The position numbers were made by a program, and so were the translations under genes. The notes below the pieces were generated by a model that had not been told where the DNA came from, searched no databases, and saw nothing but the letters and a program-made list of their open reading frames with translations. From positions 1 through 51,356 of the forward strand of contig JANNTZ010000325.1 of assembly GCA_031394595.1 (NCBI GenBank): DNA of 51,356 nucleotides. The letters are read 5' to 3'. This document shows, in pieces, positions 36,605-45,153 of the stretch (position 1 is the first letter of the stretch; the number at the start of each line of letters is the position of its first letter). This DNA is from Acidobacteriota bacterium. Lineage in GTDB: Bacteria > Acidobacteriota > Polarisedimenticolia > Gp22-AA2.

Positions 36605-37786
36605 CTAGAGGCTCGCCTCGACCCCGATCGGCGGGGCCTGGCCGACCGTCGGCCGGCCGTCCCGCGGTTCGATCCGGGCCGGCGTGCTGGTGATGGGGTT
36701 GTAGAGCGAGTCGCGCTCAACCGGGACACGGCCGGCCTCGCGAATGAGGCCCACCAGGCGGTCCCGGGCGATCTCTTGCGGCGACGTGGATCCGGCGCGG
36801 TGGTAGATCTCCTCGGTGATCACCGTGCCGTCCAGGTCGTCGGCGCCGAAGTGCAGCGCGGTCTGCGCCACGCGTGGCGTCATCATGATCCAGTAGGCCT
36901 TGACGTGCGGGAAATTATCGAGCATCAGGCGGCCGACGGCGACCATTCGCAGCTCCTCGGCAGCGGTCGGACGGGGAATGTGCGACAGGCGGGTATTTTC
37001 GGGATGGAACGCGAGCGGGATGAAGGCCATGAATCCACCAGTCTGATCCTGCGCCTCGCGCAGCAGCAGCATGTGATCGATCCGCTCCTCGATCGACTCG
37101 ACGTGCCCGAACATCATGGTGGCGTTGCTCCGCAGACCGAGACGGTGGGCGGTTGTGGCGATGCCAATCCAGGCGCGGTGGTCAATCTTCCCCTTGAACA
37201 GCACCTGGTGGGCGTGGTCGGTCAGGATCTCCGCGCCGCCGCCGGGAATCGAACCGAGCCCCGCCTCCTTCAGGCCCAGCAGGACCGCTTCGATGGTCAT
37301 CCCAAAGTTCTCGGCCATGGCGGCAATTTCGACCATGGTGAACGCCTTGACGTGGACATCCGGACGGACCCGCTTCATGGTCCGGATGACGTCGGTGTAG
37401 TACGAGAACGGCAGCTCGGGGTTGATGCCGCCCACCATGTGAATCTCGCGGATCGGATCGTCGATGTGCTCGCGCATCCGGCGCTCCACGTCAGCGGACG
37501 AGAGCACGTAGGCATCGGGCTGCTTCGCGGTGCGGTAGAAGGCGCAGAACTTGCAGCCCGCCACGCAGACGTTGGTGTGGTTGATGTGCTGGTTGACGAT
37601 AAACCAGGTCGTGTCGCCGTGGCGGGCCTCGCGCACATGGTTGGCGAGGGCCCCGAGTGCGAGCAGATCCTGATGACGGACCAGGCGCAGTCCGTCGGCG
37701 CGATCGAGGCGTTCTCCCGCCAGGATTTTTGCGCCGATGTCGGTCAGGCCAGCCGCCTCGATCTGCCGTTTCTGCAGTGCGTTCAC
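36605..37786 (-). CDS. mqnE: Aminofutalosine synthase-type radical SAM protein (MqnE/MqnC/CofH family)
   Basis: HINHTNVCVAGCKFCAF (CxxxCxxC), HMVGG, HVKAFT..EI, PGGGAEI, SNATMMFGH.E, HVKAYW. GTG 37786 follows GGAGGT. Confidence 0.85.
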   Translation of the reverse strand: MNALQKRQIEAAGLTDIGAKILAGERLDRADGLRLVRHQDLLALGALANHVREARHGDTTWFIVNQHINHTNVCVAGCKFCAFYRTAKQPDAYVLSSADVERRMREHIDDPIREIHMVGGINPELPFSYYTDVIRTMKRVRPDVHVKAFTMVEIAAMAENFGMTIEAVLLGLKEAGLGSIPGGGAEILTDHAHQVLFKGKIDHRAWIGIATTAHRLGLRSNATMMFGHVESIEERIDHMLLLREAQDQTGGFMAFIPLAFHPENTRLSHIPRPTAAEELRMVAVGRLMLDNFPHVKAYWIMMTPRVAQTALHFGADDLDGTVITEEIYHRAGSTSPQEIARDRLVGLIREAGRVPVERDSLYNPITSTPARIEPRDGRPTVGQAPPIGVEASL

Positions 37787-37817
37787 GCCCACCTCCCTGG
37801 GACCCTGCCCGCCGCAA

Positions 37818-39179
37818 TCAATGCTGCAGTTCCCGTCCCTTGCGATATTCCGGCGATCCAACCCGGACGTGGTGATGCGTCGCGCGATCCTCGGGCGCGC
37901 CCAGGACCTCGCCGACCTTCTGACGCGTGTTCTCGAGGGCCATCGAACAGAGCGTTCCGCACATCGTGCAGACCGCCTTGTCGTAGTCCTCGCTGAGCAT
38001 GCGGATCGATCGCGCTTTTTCGGGGTCGAGCGCCAGACGGTACTGCCCTTCCCAGTCGAGCGCCTTCCGGTACACCGACATCTGGTTGTCCCGCTCCCGG
38101 GCGCCGAAGACTCCCTTCGCCAGGTCGCCGGAATGGGCCGCGATCTTGGTGGCAATGACGCCATCGCGGACGTCCTCGACGGTCGGCAGCCGCAGATGCT
38201 CGGCCGGTGTCAGGTAACAGAGGACATCGGCCCCCGCCGCCGACGCCAGCGCCCCGCCGATCGCCCCGGTGATGTGATCGTAGCCGGCCCCGATGTCGCT
38301 GGTCAGCGGTCCGAGGACGTAGAACGGCGCCCCGTTGCAGATGCGCTTTTCGAGCCGCACGTTGGCTTCGATCTGGTCGATCGGCACGTGGCCCGGACCT
38401 TCGATCATCACCTGCACCGATCGTTCATGGGCCCGCCGGGTCAGCTCGCCAAGGGTCAGCAGCTCCTGGATCTGGGCGGCGTCGGTGGCGTCGGCGGTGG
38501 CGCCCGGCCGGATGCCGTCTCCGAGCGACAGCGTCACGTCGTACTCGTAGGCGATGTCCAGCAGCCGATCGAAGCCGGTGTAGAGGGGATTCTCCTCGCC
38601 GGTGCGCGCGATCCAGGAGGCCAGCATCGACCCGCCGCGCGACACGATGCCGGCGATTCGGCCGGAGCCATCCAGCCGCCGCACGGCCTCCCGCGTGACG
38701 CCGCAGTGAACGGTCATGAAGTCCACCCCGTCGTGCGCCTGCTTCTCGATCGTGCCGAACAGGTCGTCCGCCGTCAGGGCGAATACCGATCCCCGGTCTG
38801 CCACCGCCTGGTAAATCGGCACGGTCCCGAGGATGACGGAACAGCGGGCGAGGATCGCCCGTCGCACGTCGTCGAGGGCGTCTCCGGTAGACAGGTCCAT
38901 GACCATCTCGGACCCGCACTGGATGGCGACCCGCAGCTTTTCCAACTCCTCGTGCAGTTGCTGGTGGTGGCCCGAGGTACCGATGTTGGCGTTGACTTTC
39001 GTGGACAGCCCCTGCCCGACGCCGATCGGGTTGAAGTCGTGGCGGACGTTCATCGGAATGATCGCCACGCCGGCGGCGATCCGCCGCCGCAGCTCCTCGG
39101 GTTCAGTCCCCTCGACGGCTGCCACGTAGCGCATGGCCTCGGTGATCCTGCTTCGCTTCGCGTGTTCCATCTGCGTCAT
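37818..39179 (-). CDS. thiC: Phosphomethylpyrimidine synthase ThiC (ThiC/Bza family)
   Basis: KVNANIGTS, MDLSTG, VSRGGS, SLGDGIRPG, QVMIEGPGH, FYVLGPL..DI..GYDH, TPAEHL, C-terminal CTMCGTLC. Confidence 0.85.
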   Translation of the reverse strand: MTQMEHAKRSRITEAMRYVAAVEGTEPEELRRRIAAGVAIIPMNVRHDFNPIGVGQGLSTKVNANIGTSGHHQQLHEELEKLRVAIQCGSEMVMDLSTGDALDDVRRAILARCSVILGTVPIYQAVADRGSVFALTADDLFGTIEKQAHDGVDFMTVHCGVTREAVRRLDGSGRIAGIVSRGGSMLASWIARTGEENPLYTGFDRLLDIAYEYDVTLSLGDGIRPGATADATDAAQIQELLTLGELTRRAHERSVQVMIEGPGHVPIDQIEANVRLEKRICNGAPFYVLGPLTSDIGAGYDHITGAIGGALASAAGADVLCYLTPAEHLRLPTVEDVRDGVIATKIAAHSGDLAKGVFGARERDNQMSVYRKALDWEGQYRLALDPEKARSIRMLSEDYDKAVCTMCGTLCSMALENTRQKVGEVLGAPEDRATHHHVRVGSPEYRKGRELQH

Positions 39180-39210
39180 CGCCGGTCCTCCCCGTGGCGG
39201 TCGGTGCCCC

Positions 39211-40779
39211 TCATTGCGCCGTCTCCGTAGCGCGAATTTCGCGGATGACCGTCACCTTGATGCGTCCCGGGTACTCCATCCGGGACTGGATTTTCTTCGC
39301 GAGGTCGGCCGCCAGCAGGGCCAGCTGATCGTCGCCCACCTTGTCCGACTGGGCGATGACCCGGATCTCCCGGCCGGCCTGGATGGCATAGGAGTGTTCC
39401 ACACCTTCCATCTCGTTGGCCAGCCCCTCGAGCTCCTCGATGCGTCGGACGTAATCCACGACGCTCTTGCGCCGGGCCCCCGGCCGTGACCCGGAAATGG
39501 CGTCGGCGGCCGCCACCAGGACAGAGATCGGATGGATCACCTCGACGTCTTCGTGGTGCGATCCGATGGCGTTGATGACCACCGGGTGCTCCTGGAACCG
39601 CGTGGCCACTTCCATGCCGATCTCGGGGTGCGTGCCCTCGCGCTCGAAGTCGATCGCTTTGCCGATGTCATGCAGCAGCCCGGCCCGTTTCGCCAGGGTC
39701 CCATCGAGCCCCAGCTCGGCCGCCATGATGGACGTCAGCTTGGCGACCTCGATCGAATGCATCAGGACGTTCTGTCCGTAGGAGGTCCGGAACCGGAGGC
39801 GGCCGAGGATGCGCACCAGCTCGGGGTTCATATCGGTGATCTCGAGCTCCCGCAGTGCCTCCTGTGCCCCGCGCCACATCAGCTCGTCCACGCGACGCTG
39901 GCTGCGCTCGACCAGTTCTTCGATGCGCTTCGGGTGGATGTTCCCGTCGCGGACCAGCCGTTCGAGCGTCAGGCGGGCCACTTCGCGGCGAATCGGGTTG
40001 AAGCAGGACAGGACCACCGATTCCGGCTGTTCGTCCACCAGCAGTTGCACGCCGGTCGCCTTCTCGAAGGCGCGGATGTTCTTCCCCTCGTGGCCGATGA
40101 TCCTTCCCTTGATTTTGTCGTTAGGCAGCGGGATGCTGGTGACGCTGCGTTCTGCGGTGAACTCGCTGGCGGTCCTCTCGATGGCCAGCGCGACGATCTT
40201 GCCGGCCTCCATTTCGGCCCGCTTCTGGGCCTCTTCGCGCGCCTCGCGGATCAGCGCCGCCGCCTCGAATCGGACTTCCTGTCGGAGCGTGTTCAGGAGC
40301 ATCTGGCGCGCGTCCTCGACCGTCAGCCCCGAGACCTTCGCCAGCTGGCCGGTCAGATCCTGGACCAGACGGTTGCCGCGCTCCTGATGGCGGGAGATTT
40401 GCGTTCGCTGGAGGGCCAGGTCCGCCTCGCGGGCGTCGAGATCGCGCTCCCGCCGGCGCAGGGCTCCATCGCGCTCGCCGATGGCGGCATCCTGCTCGTC
40501 GAGGGCCCGCTCGCGGCGGCCACGCTCGCGGGCCTGCTCGGCCGCGTCCTGGTCGCGTTTCGACTGGACGCGGAGCCATTCCTCGCGGGCCTGGAGAACC
40601 GCCTGCCGGACGCGGTGATCCAGATCGCGACGGGCGTGATCGATCGGCCGATCGCCGCCTCCGGACGCGGAACCGGACCCGTTACGCCCGATCGAACTCT
40701 TGAGGAACCAGCCGAGACACCCGCTGGCGGCGCCGGATGCGGCAACCGCGATCAGGATCTCCAGCCAGGAAAAAGCCAT
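39211..40779 (-). CDS. rny: Ribonuclease Y
   Basis: N-terminal TM, coiled coil, KH domain KGRIIGHEGKNIRAFE, RTSYGQNVL.H, HD domain LLHDIGKA, YAIQAGREIRV. Confidence 0.95.
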   Translation of the reverse strand: MAFSWLEILIAVAASGAASGCLGWFLKSSIGRNGSGSASGGGDRPIDHARRDLDHRVRQAVLQAREEWLRVQSKRDQDAAEQARERGRRERALDEQDAAIGERDGALRRRERDLDAREADLALQRTQISRHQERGNRLVQDLTGQLAKVSGLTVEDARQMLLNTLRQEVRFEAAALIREAREEAQKRAEMEAGKIVALAIERTASEFTAERSVTSIPLPNDKIKGRIIGHEGKNIRAFEKATGVQLLVDEQPESVVLSCFNPIRREVARLTLERLVRDGNIHPKRIEELVERSQRRVDELMWRGAQEALRELEITDMNPELVRILGRLRFRTSYGQNVLMHSIEVAKLTSIMAAELGLDGTLAKRAGLLHDIGKAIDFEREGTHPEIGMEVATRFQEHPVVINAIGSHHEDVEVIHPISVLVAAADAISGSRPGARRKSVVDYVRRIEELEGLANEMEGVEHSYAIQAGREIRVIAQSDKVGDDQLALLAADLAKKIQSRMEYPGRIKVTVIREIRATETAQ

Positions 40780-40926
40780 GACGAGCCTCCGGCGCACCTG
40801 CGGCGGAACACTCGAGGACGGCACTCTTCCCGGACCGGGAACGACGCGACGATCGGCAGCCTTCCGGGCCCGGTCCCGCGCCCTCCCGGGGATTTCCCGG
40901 TCGGTGGGGCCGTGCAGGACGGGAAC

Positions 40927-41118
40927 GGAAGCGTGGACTCTCGATGAAACATGGGTGGATCAGGGAGTGTCGGATCGTCGGAATCGTCGTCCCGGAAACG
41001 GAAGGCGGGCAGATCGTCCGGGTTGGCCGGATCCGCGAACGGACCGGCAAACGCGAACCTCGCGACATCCAGAGGGATGCCGACCCACGGGTTTCGATCG
41101 AGAGCTGCCACCCGCCCC
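40927..41118 (-). ncRNA. Candidate 6S RNA-like rod upstream of rny
   Basis: Closing stem CTCTCGAT-C-GAAAC-CC-GTGGGT (from 41104) pairs with ACCCAT-GTTTC-ATCGAGAG (to 40938). Central bubbles of about 12 and 15 nt, then GGATGTCG/CGACGATCC and a UUCG-capped top. G-U pairs favour the minus strand. Confidence 0.45.
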
Positions 41119-41202
41119 CCCTCGCCTGCCGGCGGCACGGCCGGCTCAAGCGTCGGGTGAGTGTGAACTCGCAGAACCTTAACAGGCGCAAGAACCGCCG
41201 GC

Positions 41203-41232
41203 AGTATAGCATCCGTTCTCGAACCCCAGCAA
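41203..41232 (-). promoter_or_regulatory. sigma70 promoter with extended -10 for the RNA element and rny operon
   Basis: TTGCTG (41232-41227), 18 bp spacer, TGcTATACT. Confidence 0.55.
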
Positions 41233-41286
41233 GCGACGCCGCATGACGGATGTCATCGGGGGCAGGCTGGGTGACCGGGTCCGGGA

Positions 41287-41721
41287 TCAGGGAGCGGGAT
41301 CCGCCGCGCTTCCTTCCATCCAGGCGGAACCGTCGGCGTAGTGCTCCTTTTTCCAAATCGGGGCGATCGCCTTGAGTCGCTCGATGGCGTAGGCGCAGGC
41401 CGCGAGCGCCGCGGCACGATGGGTCGCGGCCACGGCGACGAGAACGCTGGTTTCGCCGATCGCCAGGACGCCGATGCGGTGGAGGATGGCCACGTGTCCG
41501 GTGCCGAACCGATCCTGGACTTCGCGCCCGATCTGGCTCAGGACATCCTCCGCCATGGCGGGGTAGGCGTGATACTCGAGGCGGAGGACCCGGCGGCCGT
41601 CGTGGTGATCGCGGACGGTCCCGTGGAACGTGGCGATGGCGCCGCGGTCCGGACCGGCCACCGCCTCCATCGCCTGTTCGATTCGGAGCGACTCCCTGAC
41701 GACCCGGAACAATCCCGGCAT
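41287..41721 (-). CDS. moaE: Molybdopterin synthase catalytic subunit
   Basis: GAIATFHGTVRD, LEYHAYPAMAE, HRIGVL.IGE, RLKAIAPIWKKEHY. Confidence 0.95.
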   Translation of the reverse strand: MPGLFRVVRESLRIEQAMEAVAGPDRGAIATFHGTVRDHHDGRRVLRLEYHAYPAMAEDVLSQIGREVQDRFGTGHVAILHRIGVLAIGETSVLVAVAATHRAAALAACAYAIERLKAIAPIWKKEHYADGSAWMEGSAADPAP

Positions 41722-41729
41722 GCCTGATC

Positions 41730-41972
41730 CTAGCCGCCGCTGACCGGCGGGAAAACGGCGACCTCGTCGCCGGGCTGCACCACTGTCTCCGGCCGGGCGT
41801 ACGCCCGGTTGCAGGCCAGGAGTGGTCGCGCCTCCCCGCGCAGCGCTGGCACCTGTTGCCGCACGGCGTCCCACACCGCCCGCAGGGTTGCAGGGTCGGC
41901 CACCTCGATCTCGAGGATCGGCGCACCCGCCGCCTCACGGTAGCGCGCGAACAGCAGGACCGACACCCTCAC
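41730..41972 (-). CDS. moaD: Molybdopterin synthase sulfur carrier
   Basis: GTG 41972: VSVLLFARYREAAG...GDEVAVFPPVSGG with the C-terminal GG. Confidence 0.93.
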   Translation of the reverse strand: MRVSVLLFARYREAAGAPILEIEVADPATLRAVWDAVRQQVPALRGEARPLLACNRAYARPETVVQPGDEVAVFPPVSGG

Positions 41973-42619
41973 CGGCGTGCCCCTTCCGGGCCCCGGACGG
42001 CGGCGGCCCGGTCGGCCATCATCGCCAGCACCTGCCGGACCAGGGCCCGGATTCCCGCCTGCACGTCGCGCAGCCGCACCCAAGCGCTGAAACCCGGGGT
42101 ATGGACGACGGCGTGGTCGCGATCCACGCGGACCTGTTCCGGGTCGAGTGGCGACGGCTGCATCACGATCTCCTGGCCAAGAACGGTCCGTACCGGGATC
42201 TCACCAAGACTGATGCAGCCGATCGGCTTGCGCTGCTCGAGAAAGTGCCGCAGGAACATCTCGACCTCCGGAAGGATGGCGCGCTTCTCCCCGGCCTTCG
42301 CGAACCCCGTCGAGAAATTGACGACCGGGCCGTAGCCGCCGGGAATGATCAACGCCTCGAGATGGTCCGCCCGCACTTCGTCGAGCGCCTGGATGCGACC
42401 ACGCCAGAGGCGCGCCGATTCGCGCAGGACGTCCCGCTCCTCCCCTTCGACCGCGTCCCCCGTCAGGTGGTTGACGGTGCGGTCCTGCAGTCGGCGCGGC
42501 GCAATCAGGACCGGCTTCTCGCCTTCTTCCTCGAGCGCCAGCAGCGTCAGGACCGCTTCGCAGACGTCCGTCCCGTCGTAGTGCCCGCAGCCCCCCAGCA
42601 GAAGCCCGATGCGCATCAT
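41969..42619 (-). CDS. elbB: ElbB-like DJ-1/PfpI (class I glutamine amidotransferase-like) protein, nucleophile position Ser
   Basis: LGGCGHYDGTDVCEAVLTLLAL, ESARL.RG.I, LIIPGGYG...NFS, KPIGCISLG. Confidence 0.8.
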   Translation of the reverse strand: MMRIGLLLGGCGHYDGTDVCEAVLTLLALEEEGEKPVLIAPRRLQDRTVNHLTGDAVEGEERDVLRESARLWRGRIQALDEVRADHLEALIIPGGYGPVVNFSTGFAKAGEKRAILPEVEMFLRHFLEQRKPIGCISLGEIPVRTVLGQEIVMQPSPLDPEQVRVDRDHAVVHTPGFSAWVRLRDVQAGIRALVRQVLAMMADRAAAVRGPEGARR

Positions 42620-42685
42620 GCCTCTCCCGTGATGGCGGCGATTATAGGGCCGCGTCCCGTGCGGGAGGAAGCGTCGAGAAATCTG

Positions 42686-42715
42686 TTGACCGCCCCGCGC
42701 GGCGCGTGGTAACTT
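42686..42715 (+). promoter_or_regulatory. sigma70 promoter for the IclR-corrinoid operon
   Basis: TTGACC, 18 bp spacer, TGgTAACTT, about 300 bp upstream of the IclR ATG. Confidence 0.5.
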
Positions 42716-43023
42716 TAGTGCGCATTGTGCTATTGAATTTCACAGTACGGTATTTAAGGGATCGCGATCGATGAAACGGGCGCAGCGGATTCATATGCTC
42801 CACCGGCATACCTGCGGCGGTCGCAACGACGGGCAACCCGGCGATGCTGTTACGGCCTCAAGCCATCGCCGTTCGCTGCAAACCTTTGCCGTTACGTCAT
42901 TACCGGCAAGAAAAGAGTTGCGCCACGGGGGGGTGTCGGCGGAGAATTCCGGCGCTTGAGGTTCGTTCGTAACTATGCGAGGACGGCATTAAGTTTCACA
43001 GGAAGGAAGCGAGGGGTTGCAAC

Positions 43024-43896
43024 ATGGCTCAGGAAGTGGAGACACAGGGGACGAGGAAGCGCAGTGAACGGGGCGAAGGGATCGTCACCGGCAACCAGGC
43101 GGTTCGCCGGGCGATCGCCGTCCTCAAGGCATTCAGCGACGACGCGCCGGAGATGGGGGTCACCGAGGTCAGCCGCAAGGTGAATCTCCACAAGAGCACC
43201 GTCTACCGCCTGCTGTCGGCCTTCGAAGGCGAGGGACTGATCGCCAAGAGCCCGGAGACCGGCAAATACCGGCTCGGGCCCGAGCTGATTGTCCTCGGCG
43301 AGCAGGTACTGCGCCACACCGACGTGCATCGCGTCGCCCTCCCCTTCCTGCGTGACCTGGCCGAGCGCACCGGCGAGACCATCGACCTCGAAGTCCTGAG
43401 CGGCGGCAACGTCGTCACCATCGAGGAAATCGCCGGCAAGCACGTCGTCGCCGCGGCCGGAGCGATCGGCATGCCGTGGGCCGCGCACGCGACCTCGACC
43501 GGCAAGATCCTGCTGGCCTTCCAGCCGCCCGAGAAGCAGCGGCAGATTCTGGCCCGCACCCTGAAGAAGTTCACGCCGCGCACCATCACCGATCCGAAGG
43601 CGCTGGCGCGCGACCTGCTGAAAACCCGCGAGCAGGGCTACTCCGTCTCCTACGGGGAGCTCGAAGACCATCTGATCGCCATCGGCCTGCCCATCCGAAG
43701 CCGCAACGGCGACGCCATTGCCGCCGTCAGCATCTCCGGCCCGGACACCAGACTGACGCCCGACAAGCTGCCGGCCCTGATCCGGACCGGCATGGACATC
43801 TGTGCCAGAATCTCCGCCCGGCTGGGGTACCACGGCCCGGCGAGCCTGAGGATGTCTCCGGCGAAGTTCGCGCCGCCGCCCCGCGCCATGGCCTGA
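43024..43896 (+). CDS. IclR family transcriptional regulator
   Basis: RRAIAVL.AF....EMGVTEVSRKVNLHKSTVYRLL, YRLGP, HATSTGKILLA, TR..GYSVS.GE, IGLPI, AAVSISGP. Confidence 0.95.
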   Translation: MAQEVETQGTRKRSERGEGIVTGNQAVRRAIAVLKAFSDDAPEMGVTEVSRKVNLHKSTVYRLLSAFEGEGLIAKSPETGKYRLGPELIVLGEQVLRHTDVHRVALPFLRDLAERTGETIDLEVLSGGNVVTIEEIAGKHVVAAAGAIGMPWAAHATSTGKILLAFQPPEKQRQILARTLKKFTPRTITDPKALARDLLKTREQGYSVSYGELEDHLIAIGLPIRSRNGDAIAAVSISGPDTRLTPDKLPALIRTGMDICARISARLGYHGPASLRMSPAKFAPPPRAMA

Positions 43897-43956
43897 CGGC
43901 CACGACCGGACTCGAACGCGACCGCCCGGACCTGACTTCGACAAAAAGGAGGCCCT

Positions 43957-44712
43957 TTGAGCCACGCCGAACTGTTCCAGACCATGGCCGACAGCATCAT
44001 CGTCGGTGACGCGGAAACCTCCGCGCGCCTTGCCCGCCAGTCCCTCGAACTCGCGATCCCGCCCCTGGACTCGATCGACGAGGGCTTTGTGAAGGGGATC
44101 CGGATCGTCGGCGACCGGTTCGGCGCCGGCGAGCTGTTCCTCCCGGAGCTGGTGATGAGCGCCGAGGCGATGAAGGCGGCCCTCGCCATCCTCGAGCCCG
44201 AGCTGGCAAAGACCGCCACGGCCCGTGAGACCGCCGGGAGCGTGCTGGCCTGCACCGTCCAGGGGGACATCCACGACATCGGCAAGCGCATCGTCTGCAC
44301 CATGCTGTCGGCGAATGGCTTCGTCGTCGTCGATCTCGGCGTCAATGTGAAGATCGACCGGTTCGTCCAGGAGATCAAGACACGCAAGCCGGACATCGTC
44401 GCCATGTCGGCGCTGCTCACCACCACGGCTCCCAACCAGGGGAAGGTGATCAAGGCGCTCGTCAAGGAAGGAATCCGCCAGAACTATGTGGTCATGGTGG
44501 GCGGGGCTCCGACCAGCCTGCAGTGGTCGAAGGACATCGGCGCCGATGGCTATGGGGAGAACGCCACCGAGGCGGTGCGGGTCGCCAAGGAACTGATGAC
44601 GGCCCACCGCGCCCGGAAGGCCGAGGCCGCATCGCAGCCGGCCCAGGCTACGGCGCAGCCGACCGTCCTGCCATCGGTTCCCGCGGGCGGTCAGGCCGCC
44701 GTCGGGACTTAG
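43957..44712 (+). CDS. Corrinoid (B12)-binding protein, MtbC/MttC/MetH cap + B12 type
   Basis: GELFLPELVMSAEAMK, TVQGDIHDIGK (DxHxxG), SALLTTT, MVGGAP, GADGY. TTG start follows AAGGAGG. Confidence 0.93.
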   Translation: MSHAELFQTMADSIIVGDAETSARLARQSLELAIPPLDSIDEGFVKGIRIVGDRFGAGELFLPELVMSAEAMKAALAILEPELAKTATARETAGSVLACTVQGDIHDIGKRIVCTMLSANGFVVVDLGVNVKIDRFVQEIKTRKPDIVAMSALLTTTAPNQGKVIKALVKEGIRQNYVVMVGGAPTSLQWSKDIGADGYGENATEAVRVAKELMTAHRARKAEAASQPAQATAQPTVLPSVPAGGQAAVGT

Positions 44713-44745
44713 AAGACCGGGCCAGGTCCCGGTCCGGAGATTCCC

Positions 44746-45153
44746 GTGGCTATCCACATCCCCTCCCGCGTCGTGCGCTTCTTCAAGGAGCGTCCGCGGC
44801 TGACCCGTGCGCTCGATCGGACGATCGCGCCCTTCGAGGCGGTGAGCAAAAAGCTCGCCTTTGGCTGCAGGATGTGCGGCCAGTGCATCCTGCACGAAAC
44901 CGGTCTCACCTGCCCGATGGGCTGCCCCAAGACGCTGCGCAACGGGCCGTGCGGCGGGGTACGGATGAACGGCCACTGCGAAGTGGTGCCCGACATGATG
45001 TGCGTCTGGGTCAAGGCCGAGCGGCGGTCACGCCTGCTCCCCTGGCGCGGAACGCTCCTCAAGATTCAGCCGGCCCTCGACTGGAGTCTCAAGGGGAGTT
45101 CCTCCTGGGTGAACCTGCTGGCCGGTGTGCACGACAAGGGGGCGGATCGATGA
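44746..45153 (+). CDS. MetV-like Cys-rich partner of MTHFR (MTHFR C-terminal domain protein)
   Basis: FGCRMCGQCIL..TGLTCPMGCPK.LRNGPCGG....HCEV..MCVW. Confidence 0.88.
   Translation: MAIHIPSRVVRFFKERPRLTRALDRTIAPFEAVSKKLAFGCRMCGQCILHETGLTCPMGCPKTLRNGPCGGVRMNGHCEVVPDMMCVWVKAERRSRLLPWRGTLLKIQPALDWSLKGSSSWVNLLAGVHDKGADR

Noticed and set aside
41066-41076. SAM-I riboswitch start (ATCCAGAGGG)
   Set aside because: It is on the strand opposite to rny and the downstream SAM-I elements are missing.
40752-41138. 128-aa ORF upstream of rny
   Set aside because: Pro/Asp-rich, no SD or motif, overlaps the rny start region, and the sequence is better explained by base-paired RNA structure.
44523-45149. 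Long N-terminal extension of MetF in the ORF track
   Set aside because: It overlaps the real corrinoid and MetV genes in another frame. The ATGA overlap places the true start at 45150.
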